Shown here: positions 6,645-15,900 of the stretch, piece by piece
Numbering within the stretch: the stretch's first letter is position 1
Layout of the letters: each line of letters begins with the position of its first letter
Source of the DNA: Verrucomicrobiales bacterium
Lineage (GTDB): Bacteria; Verrucomicrobiota; Verrucomicrobiia; Verrucomicrobiales; V1-33
Direction: 5' to 3'
DNA: 16,592 nt
NCBI GenBank assembly: GCA_031411295.1
Contig: JANOAV010000118.1
Span: 1-16,592 of the forward strand
Position numbers and translations under genes: made by a program
The notes under the pieces: generated by a model
Seen by the model: the letters and a program-made list of their open reading frames with translations, nothing else
The model's database searches: none
What the model was told of the DNA's origin: nothing

Positions 6645-9041
6645 ATGAACGAATCCGAAACCAGAGCTGAACACATCGACCCCGCGCTGAAAGCCTCTGG
6701 CTGGGGTGTGGTGGAGGGCAGCAGGATCCGGCGGGAGTATCCCATTACGCTGGGGCGCATTGAAGGGCATGGCAAACGTGGGAAGGCGTTGCTGGCGGAT
6801 TATGTGCTGGAATACCGCAACACGAAACTGGCTGTGGTGGAGGCCAAGGCGTGGGATTTACCGCTCACGGAAGGCGTGGGGCAGGCGAAACTCTACGCCC
6901 AGAAGCTGGCGCTGCGGTGGGCGTATGCCACGAATGGTCAGGGAATCTATGAGGTGGATATGGAGCCGCCTGCACTCTCCACGCAACCGCCGGAATGGGC
7001 CGTGCCAGCATATCCCACGCCGGATGAACTCTGGGCGCTGACATTTGCCGAAGCCAATGCCTGGCGGGATCGGTTCGCAGCGGTGCCCTTCGAGGATCGG
7101 GGCGGTTATTTCCTGCCGCGCTACTATCAGGATGTGGCGATCAGCCGGGTGCTGGAGGCAATCGCGACTGGACAGCAACGAATTCTGCTGACGCTGGCAA
7201 CGGGGACTGGGAAGACATTCATTGCGTTCCAGATTGCCTGGAAACTCTTCCAAAGCCGCTGGAATCTGAGCGGAGAGCCGACGCGTCAGCCCCGGATTCT
7301 GTTTCTGGCAGACCGCAACATTTTAGCCATCCAAGCCTACAATGCGTTCTCGGCATTTCCTGATGACGCCATGATCCGCATCAGCCCGGAGGATATTCGG
7401 AAGAAGGGCAAGGTGCCAAAGAATGGCAGTCTGTTCTTCACGATTTTCCAGACGTTCATGAGTGGTGACATGGCGAAACCGTATTTTGGAGAGTATCCGC
7501 CGGACTTCTTTGATTTCATCGTGATCGACGAATGCCACCGAGGCGGGGCCAATGATGAGAGCACTTGGCGGGATATTCTGAACTACTTCTCACCCGCCGT
7601 GCAACTAGGCCTAACCGCCACGCCGAAGCGGAAGGATAACATCGATACTTACAAATATTTCGGGGAGCCAGTTTACATTTATTCCCTCAAGGAAGGAATC
7701 AATGATGGGTTCCTGACGCCCTTCAAGGTGAAGCAGATCCAGACCACGATGGATGAGTATGTCTATACGCCAGACGACACGGTAGTGGATGGGGAGATCG
7801 AGGTGGGAAAAATCTACGAGGAAAAGGACTTCAACAAGATCATCGAGATTCCCGCACGAGAGCGCAAGCGGGTGGACATTTTCATGGCCCAGATTAATCA
7901 GCAGGAAAAGACGCTGGTCTTCTGTGCCACGCAGGACCACGCGCTGGCAGTGCGGGATTACATCAACCAAATCAAGACCAGCAAAGACCCGAACTATTGC
8001 CAGCGGGTCACAGCCAATGATGGCTCCATTGGGGAACAGCACCTGCGGGATTTCCAAGACAACGAGAAGAGCATTCCCACGATCCTCACAACTTCGCAGA
8101 AGCTCTCCACGGGGGTGGATGCGCGCAATGTGCGGAACATTGTGCTGATGCGCCCGGTGAATTCGATGATCGAGTTCAAGCAGATCATCGGACGCGGCAC
8201 GCGCTTGTTTGACGGAAAGGATTATTTCACGATCTACGACTTCGTGAAGGCACACCACCATTTCAGCGACAAAGAATGGGATGGCGAACCGCTGGAGGAG
8301 GAGGCTTGCAAAAAATGTGGCCAGCGCCCGTGTGAATGTATCGGACCCGAGACGCAGCCGTGCAGTGAATGCGGGCAACGCCCCTGCGAATGCTCGACAG
8401 AACCGTGTGAGAAGTGTGGTCGGAGGTCGTGCATTTGTCAGAAGCGATCCAAAGCAAAAATCAAGCTAGCCGACGGCAAGGAGCGCACTATCCAGCACAT
8501 GATGATGACAACGTTCTGGCACCCAGACGGCACGCCGATGTCCGCCCAGCAATTCATGGAACTGCTCTTCGGCAAGCTGCCGGAATTTTTCAAGAATGAA
8601 GCTGAACTGCGCGAACTCTGGAGTGATCCCACCACGCGAGCCAAGCTCCTGCAAGGTCTGGCCGACAAAGATTTCGGCCACGACAAGCTGCTGGCCATGC
8701 AGCAGCTCATTGATGCTGAGAAGAGCGACCTCTTCGATGTGCTGGCCTACGTGGCGTATGCACTTCCGACAGTGACTCGTGTGGTGCGTGCCGACCATGC
8801 GCGGGTGCTGATCAATTCCAACTTCAATGCCAAGCAGCAGGCGTTTCTTGATTTCGTGCTCCAGCACTATGTCACGGAAGGCGTGGCCGAACTGGAGCAG
8901 GGCAAACTAAACCCGCTGCTGCGCTTGAAATATCACGACTCTATCACCGATGCCGTGGCCGATCTGGGCGGGAAGCCGGAAGAGATCAAAGCAGTGTTCG
9001 CTGGGTTTCAAAAGTTTCTCTACGCCCAACACGTGGCGTAG
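6645..9041 (+). CDS. hsdR: Type I restriction endonuclease subunit R (EcoAI/type IB-like)
   Basis: MNESETRAEHIDPAL..SGW start; nuclease ADYVL...VVEAK; Walker A ATGTGKT; DECHRG; TATP; QIIGRGTR; EcoEI-R-type C-terminal helical region. ATG 6645 is preferred over TTG 6582. Confidence 0.96.
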   Translation: MNESETRAEHIDPALKASGWGVVEGSRIRREYPITLGRIEGHGKRGKALLADYVLEYRNTKLAVVEAKAWDLPLTEGVGQAKLYAQKLALRWAYATNGQGIYEVDMEPPALSTQPPEWAVPAYPTPDELWALTFAEANAWRDRFAAVPFEDRGGYFLPRYYQDVAISRVLEAIATGQQRILLTLATGTGKTFIAFQIAWKLFQSRWNLSGEPTRQPRILFLADRNILAIQAYNAFSAFPDDAMIRISPEDIRKKGKVPKNGSLFFTIFQTFMSGDMAKPYFGEYPPDFFDFIVIDECHRGGANDESTWRDILNYFSPAVQLGLTATPKRKDNIDTYKYFGEPVYIYSLKEGINDGFLTPFKVKQIQTTMDEYVYTPDDTVVDGEIEVGKIYEEKDFNKIIEIPARERKRVDIFMAQINQQEKTLVFCATQDHALAVRDYINQIKTSKDPNYCQRVTANDGSIGEQHLRDFQDNEKSIPTILTTSQKLSTGVDARNVRNIVLMRPVNSMIEFKQIIGRGTRLFDGKDYFTIYDFVKAHHHFSDKEWDGEPLEEEACKKCGQRPCECIGPETQPCSECGQRPCECSTEPCEKCGRRSCICQKRSKAKIKLADGKERTIQHMMMTTFWHPDGTPMSAQQFMELLFGKLPEFFKNEAELRELWSDPTTRAKLLQGLADKDFGHDKLLAMQQLIDAEKSDLFDVLAYVAYALPTVTRVVRADHARVLINSNFNAKQQAFLDFVLQHYVTEGVAELEQGKLNPLLRLKYHDSITDAVADLGGKPEEIKAVFAGFQKFLYAQHVA

Positions 9042-9184
9042 TGTAACCACTGGTCGCCAATTTAAAGCGTTAAACTGGGGCTGACGATATTTACGAAGTG
9101 GATGAACTGTCGGTCACCAGAGGCAGCCTGTGGCGTGGCGTTTGTTTGGCGGAAGTGATGGCGTGTTCCTGCTCGGCCCTTGCT

Positions 9185-9245
9185 CCCGGCTGAGGACAGC
9201 CGGGACACTTTCTGGGGAACGTGTGCCGCCTGTCCTCAGTCGGCA
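9185..9245. repeat. Inverted pair of REP-like palindromes (REPIN-like doublet)
   Basis: CCCGGCTG-AGGA-CAGCCGGG (9185-9204) is a perfect hairpin. An inverted related copy follows (GTGTGCCGCCTGTCCTCAGTCGGCA, 9221-9245). Together they form a ~23-bp imperfect stem. Confidence 0.6.
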
Positions 9246-9438
9246 GCATCCCGCAGCCAATATGCTGTGGAGCGACGGGAAGGATTTACGATTTACGAAG
9301 TTAGGGAGCCGCCGTGGGACGCAGCACCTTACCCATGGCTTTGACGCGGAGTCATCTGGCTTGCCATCGCTTCTATCGAAGTAGAGCCGTTGGTATCGCA
9401 AGGCGCGTAACTGTCGGACTTGTCTCACGAATCCTCAC

Positions 9439-9474
9439 AAAAAAACCTCCGATCCATTGCTGAATCGGAGGTTT
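9439..9474 (-). terminator. Rho-independent terminator for the minus-strand genes
   Basis: Stem AAACCTCCGAT (9443-9453) / ATCGGAGGTTT (9464-9474), with an A7 run at 9439-9445 giving a U-tract on the minus strand. It lies 30 bp past the PEP-CTERM stop. Confidence 0.85.
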
Positions 9475-9503
9475 GCTGAAGTTTGGATTTCCTTGGGAGG
9501 AAA

Positions 9504-9853
9504 CTATGCGCTCCAGCGGCGTCTGGCCAGGAGGCCGAAGCTGCACAGGCCCAGAAGCACTGCGGAGGGTTCTGGGACGAAGGTGATGGTGCCGTTGCTG
9601 GACAGGTTGTTCACCCAGTAGTCCGTGCCAGTGGTGGCTGGGAGATTCACGGTGGCGAAGTTTCCTGCGATGGTGGCTGCGTCGAAGAGGTTGAAGGTGT
9701 CTCCGTTGGCAAAGGTGCCGCCGAGGCTGGTGACGTTGATGGTGCCAGCCAGCGTTAGGGCACCAGTGACGTTGGCCAGATCCGCATCAGGAAGCGTGAG
9801 TTTGATGATCTCGAAATTACTGATGGAGGTGGAGGTCAGTGTCAGGTCGTTAG
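9504..9853 (-). pseudogene. 5'-truncated PEP-CTERM surface protein remnant (autotransporter passenger-like beta-strand end plus VPEP sorting signal)
   Basis: ...GALTLAGTINVTSLGGTFANGDTFNLFD...GTITFVPEPSAVLLGLCSFGLLARRR. There is no signal peptide, and the ORF-track N-terminus (MARRAAPTPRACC) runs through a GC-rich hairpin region and looks non-coding. Confidence 0.7.
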
Positions 9854-9955
9854 CGGCCCCGCTCCGGAAGCCGCAGCACGCCCGAGGAGTCGGGGCGGCT
9901 CGCCTTGCCATAACTTGCTTCGTCGTCGGAGCCAGCGGCTCCGATTCCTCACTCC

Positions 9956-12900
9956 TCAGGGCAGGATACTCAGTGCGAGCCGGAAGAACTTCGGAGGTTG
10001 GCCGTTGGAGAGCAGCGTGGGATAGGGCACGCCAACGAGTTGATTGACGCCATCATCTGCCAGCACGGTGGGCTCGGCCACGCTGTCTTGATAGGTGCTG
10101 AGGTTGCTGCTGAACTTGGTGGTGTAAACGAGTTTGGCGGCCACGTAATCTTTCCGGCGGGTGAAGAGCGCCCAGTGAATTTCGGCAGCACCCGGATTCT
10201 GGGTGGCGATGATGGGTTCTCCCGTAGGAACTACCGTGCCCACGGTGGTGAAATTACCGCTGTAGGTTACGGACGGCCTGCTAGTGGCGGTGGGACTCAT
10301 GCCAAAGGCGAACTCCAACAAGTTCGAGACGCCATCACCATCAAAGTCATCCGTCGGTGCCGTGTTCGTGATGGCACCGCCAAAGTTGGTATTGTTCCAG
10401 GTGGAGAGCGCCTGAGTCTCGCGGGTGATGACAACGGTGTAGGTCTTGGTCGTGATGCCATCCTGAGCGGTGACGAGGACGGTTAGCGTCGTATCGCCAA
10501 CCGGAACGCTCAGCGGGGAATTGCTGCCCGATTTCGTGGCCAAGCTAGAAGCCAGGGTGGCTGTGAAGTTGATGTTCGTCGTCGAGTTAGGCACCGTGGC
10601 CGTGTAGCTCAGCGTGCTGCTGGAGAAAGCAGGCGACAACGTCACACCCGTCAGGGAAAGACCGGAGAGATTGGCGTTGGTGCTCAAGGGGCCTGTAGTC
10701 CTGGGGCGGTGGAAGGCCAACTTCCTCACACCAGTCGCGCCGGTGCTGGCAAACTGCCCCAGATCCGCGCCCGACGGGGAAAATTTCCAGACCGTGTTAT
10801 TGCCCGTATTCGACACATAGAGATTGCCCGCCGCGTCAAAGGCCAGGCCGACCGGGTTGCTCAAGTGCGCACTGGCAAACACGCCCAGATCCGTCCCCGC
10901 TGCTGAGAACCTCCGCACCGTATTGGCGCCATAGTTGGTGACATAGAGATTCCCCGTGCTATCGAAGGCCACGTCCTGCGGCGTGTTCAGACCGCTGGGA
11001 ATAAAGGTGGTAACACTCCCGCCCGGCGTCACCCGCTTCGCCTGGTGGGTGCTTTGATTCGAAGCGTAGAGATTCCCCGCTACGTCAAATGCGACCCCCG
11101 CAGTGTGGCCCAGCGTGGCAAAGGTGCTCACCGATCCCGCTGGGGTGACTCTGCTGATTTCGCCCAGTCGTAATCCGAGAAACGAGATGTAAAGATTGCC
11201 CGCCGAGTCAAAGGCGAGGCCGTTAGGATTGCCACCAGTGGCGAACGTCGTGAACACGCCGCCCGGCGTGATCTTTCCCACCGCAGCATCCGCATAGCCG
11301 GACACATACAGATTCCCCGAAGCATCGAAGGCAATGCCGTCCGCCTGGGAATAGCCCGTGCTAGCGGCCACGCCCAGATCCACGCCTGCCGCAGAGAACT
11401 GCCGGACCGTGCCGCCATCCAGCGACACAAACAACGAATCCCCCGTCAAAGCTGGAACATAAAGTGACGGGATTGCCGTGGAGATGGTGATGGTGAAGGT
11501 CTGAGCCGCTGTGGTCAGGGCGGGGGTGGAATTGATGTTGGCATCATCCGTCATCGTGACGCTGATGCTGGCGGTGCCTGCGGTGCCGTTGGGCGTGTAG
11601 GTCAGAGCACCGCTGCTGCTGATGGCCGGGGCAGTGGTGAAGAGGCTGGCGTTCGTGTTGCCTGTGATACTGAAGGTCAGTGACTGCGTGACTGTGCTGT
11701 CGCCATCATCGAAACTGCTGATGAAGCCGCTCACCGACTGCGGACTGGTCGTGCTTATGATGCTCTGATTGGCACCCACCGTGAAGGTCGGGGCTTCGTT
11801 CACGTTGGTGACCGCGATGACAAACGGCTGCTCAAAGGTGCCGCCCTGGCCGTCGCTCACGCCGATGCGGATGGCGTAGCTGCTCTTGGCTTCGTAGTTG
11901 GCGCTGGGAGTCAGTTTCAAGGCGGTGCCGCCGATGGGGATTGTGAAACTGGCATTGTCGGTGCTGCCGGTGCCGCCCACGAGGCTGAAGGCGAGGATGT
12001 CGGCGGTGTCCACGTCGGTGGCGGAAAGGGTGCCGACAGTGGCGTTGGCCGCGTTGTTTTCAGCGATGCTAAAGGTGGTCGGGGCAATGGCGGTCGGTGC
12101 GGAGTTCAGGCCGCTGCCTTGGATGCTGAAATTGAAGGGGTTCTCGTCGGCATCGTTGTTGGTGAAACTCAGCGTGGCGCTGCGCAGGCCGTTGGCGCTG
12201 GGATTGAAGGTGACCTGGAAGGTCGTGCTACTCGCAGCGGCTACGGGCGAGGTAGGCGCGGTGGTGACGGTAAAGTCCGTGCCGCTAACCGTTACCGTGC
12301 CGAGCGTGAGTGCGGCGGTGCCACTGTTGGTGATCGTGAAGGCACGCACCACCGTGCCGCCCGTCGTAGCGGTGCTGCCGAAGTCGGTGTAGTCGGTGGC
12401 GCTCGGGGTGCTGTCGCCATCCGCGATGTCCACGCTGTTGCCGCTCACTGCAATCTCAGGGGCTGTCAGTGGCGGTGCGGCCACGAGGGCCAAGGTGTGA
12501 GTGTCGTAAACTCCGCTGTTCGCTTGGATGAAGCGTTCACCGGCTGCCAGCGGGCTGGCGCTCACCAGCACCGGCGTGGGGCTCTGATTCGAGACGGTGT
12601 TGCCTAACTGCCCTTCGACGTTTCTGCCCCAGGACGCCATGGTGCCATCGGAGCATACTGCCAAGCTGTGTGCATCTCCTGCGGCAACGCCAATGATGGT
12701 CTTGGTGAGGAGCGGGCCGCTGCTCTGGAGCACCGGCAAAGGCGCGTTGCTGTTGCCAGTGTCACCCTTGCCTAACTGGCCTGAGTTGTTGTAACCCCAG
12801 GCCGCCAACGTGCCGTCCGAGCACAGCGCTAAACAGTGATAACCTCCTGCTGCGATCGCGTTGACCGTCCTGGTGGAAAGGATGCCGCTGGTCTGCAGCA

Positions 12901-15900
12901 CCGGCACGGGAGTGTTGCTGGTATTGTTGTTGCCATTGCCCAACTGGCCAAAGCCGTTGGCTCCCCAGGCTGCCAGCGTGCCGTCCGCACACAATGCCAG
13001 GTTGTGATACTGTCCCGATGCGATGGCGATCACGTTCTTGTTGAACAGCGCTCCGCTGGTCTGCACCACCGTCACCGGGAAGTTGCTAGCGTTGTTGTTG
13101 CCATTGCCCAACTGGCCCTCGGTGTTGCGCCCCCAGGCCGCCAGGGTGCCGTCCGAGCACAGCGCTACGTTATGATAAAGCCCCGTGGAGATTGCCACGA
13201 CCTTCCTGTCCAGGAGCACCCCGCTGACCGTGACCGCCACGGGCGTGGTGCTGTTTCCATTGGTGCTGTTGCCCAACTGGCCATAGCTGTTCTCACCCCA
13301 GGCCGCCACCGTGCCGTCGGAGCACAGTGCCACACTGTGCAGGTATCCGGCTGCGATGGCGATGACCTTCTTGTTGAGGAGCCCGCCGCTGGTCTGCGGC
13401 ACCACGGCAGGCACGATGCTGGGGTTGTTGTTGCCATTGCCGAGCTGGCCAGCGGCGTTTCCGCCCCAGGCCGCCAGCGTGCCGTCTGAGCACAGCGCCA
13501 GACTGTGCTCCGTGCCGGTGGCGACAGCGATGACCGTCTTGTTGGCGAGCACGCCGCTCGTCAGCACATTCACGGGCGCGTTGCTATTCGTGCCGCTGCC
13601 GCTGCTGCCGTTGCCGAGCTGGCCGGAGCCGTTCTTGCCCCAGGCCATGGCGCGGACATCGGCCCATTGGAGGACCAAGTCATTGCCGGTGCCGCCGGAG
13701 TAGTTGGCCACGAATTTATACGTCGTTCCGCCAAAGGTCCTCGTCACCAGTTCTCCCTGCGCCAGATTGCTGAACGTCCCGGTGATGAAGCCCAGCCCGG
13801 TGTTCTTCACCACCGTCAGGTTCGTCCCCGCCACTGGCGCATAGCTGAGCGTGATGTTCACCGTTTTCCCCGTGGCCGTGAAGCTGGTCGCAGTGACCGG
13901 GATAATGCTGGCGCTGCTGTAGTCTGCGGGGATGACGGTAAGGGTTGTGCTGGTCGTGAACGTGCCCACACTCGTGTAGGTCGTCCCCACGGTATTGGTG
14001 GCATAGGCCTTGAAAGAATAGTTGGAACTAGCGGTCAGGCCAGTCGCGCTCACCGTGAATGTTCCCGTGCTCCCGGTCGTCGTCAGTTGCGTGACTCCAG
14101 GGCCGCTCAGCACTGGATTCGCATTGGCTGAGGTGAGGGCATAAACGACGCCTCGCCCGCCGATGGACGCGCCGCCATCGAAGGTGACATTGCCGCCTAA
14201 CGTAGCTGAATTTTCCGTGATGTCCGCCACTGTAGGCGTGGCAATCGATGGTGCACTGGCGGCCACCACCACCGTAAACGTCCCCGTCCCTAGATTGCCA
14301 GCCGCATCCGCAGCCGTGATCGTGACAGTCGTGGTGCCGATGGGAAAGACCGTGCCGCTGGCCTGCGAGTAAGTCAGCGAAGCCACCCCCACATTATCCG
14401 TGGCCGATCCCGCCGCGTAAGTCACCGTCGCCCCGGCCGCGCTCGTGGCCACGATGCCCGTGACATTCGCATGGGCCGCCACCACAGGCACATCGTTATC
14501 TGTGACCGTGATGGTGACCGTCCCCGTGGCAGTGCCGCCATTTCCATCGCTTACGGTGTAGGTGAAACTGCCGCTCCCCGTGAAGCTTGCCGCGGGCGTG
14601 AAGGTCACACTCGTCCCGGTAAAGGAATTCACCGTCAGCCCACTCACGGCCGCCGCCGAGGTGATCGCCACCGTGTCCCCGTCCGCGTCCGTGGCCGGGA
14701 AGTTCACCGTGATCGTTTTCGGATCGCCCGTCGTCCCGGTGGCCGGGCCATTCGGGGCCGTCGGCAGGGTATTGCCCGTGGTGAAATTGAGGATCGCCCC
14801 ATTGGTCGTCCCCGTCGAGTTCGCCCCGCTGACGCGGAAAAAATATTGGGTGTGAGCGGCCAACCCGCTAATCGCCTTGTTCACCGCCGTGCCGCTCGCG
14901 TTACTGGCGAGAGTTTGCACCGTGGTCGTCGTCACCCCGCTGCTCAGGGTCGCGTTGGTCGAGTATTGAAAGGTCACGTCCGTGGTCTGCCCGTTGCTGC
15001 TGCTCACGGTCGCATTGAGTGTTACACCGCTCGTCGTCGTGCCCGTGGCGGCGTTCGTCGTCACCGTCGGAGCCACAGTCCTGGGGCGGTAGAAGGCCAG
15101 TTTCCTCAAGCCGGTCGTGCCGGTGCTGGCAAACTGCCCCAGATCCGCGCCCGACGGGGAAAATTTCCAGACCGTGTTATTGCCCGTATTCGACACATAG
15201 AGATTGCCCGCCGCGTCAAAGGCCAGGCCGACCGGGCTGCTCAAGTGCGCACTAGCAAAAACGCCCAGATCCGTCCCTGCTGCCGAGAACTTCTGCACCG
15301 TATTGGAGCCGTAGTTGGCGACATAGAGATTCCCCGTGCTATCGAAGGCCATGTCCTGCGGCGTGCTCAGGCCGCTGGGAATGAAGGCCGAGACAGTGCC
15401 GGCTGGCGTTATCTTCCTCACTCTGTTGGTGCTTTGGCCTGAGGCATAGAGATTGCCCGCAGGGTCAAAAGCAAGGCCCGCGTTTCCCGCGATAGGAGCA
15501 AACGTGCCCCCCGATCCCGCTGGCGTGACTTTGGAGATCCCCGTGGTGAAGAAGGAGATGTAAAGATTCCCCGCCGCGTCAAATGCGAGGCCGTTAGGAT
15601 TGGTCCCAGTGGCAACAGTCGAGAACACCCCACCCGGCGTGATCTTTCCCACAGAGCCATTCGCATAGCCGGACACATACAGATTCCCCGCAGCATCGAA
15701 GGCCATGCCGTCCGCTTGGCTATAGCTCGTGCTAGCGGCCACGCCCATATCCACGCCCGCTGCGGAGAACTGCCGGATCGTGCCGCCATCCAGCGATACG
15801 AACAGCGAGTCCCCCGCCTCCGCTGGCACATAGAGTGCCGGGATGACAGCGGTGGTGAACGTGCCTACGCTCGTATAAGTCGTTCCCACGCTATTGGTGG

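Noticed and set aside
9114..9428. ORFs 9114-9428 (-) and 9130-9384 (+)
   Set aside because: They have no motifs or RBS and span palindromic repeats, so they are probably non-coding.
9849..9914. Integron attC site (GTTAGCG ... CCATAAC)
   Set aside because: The core motifs are in the wrong order for an attC on either strand, and there is no integrase. No attC-like sites were seen between the RM cargo genes either.
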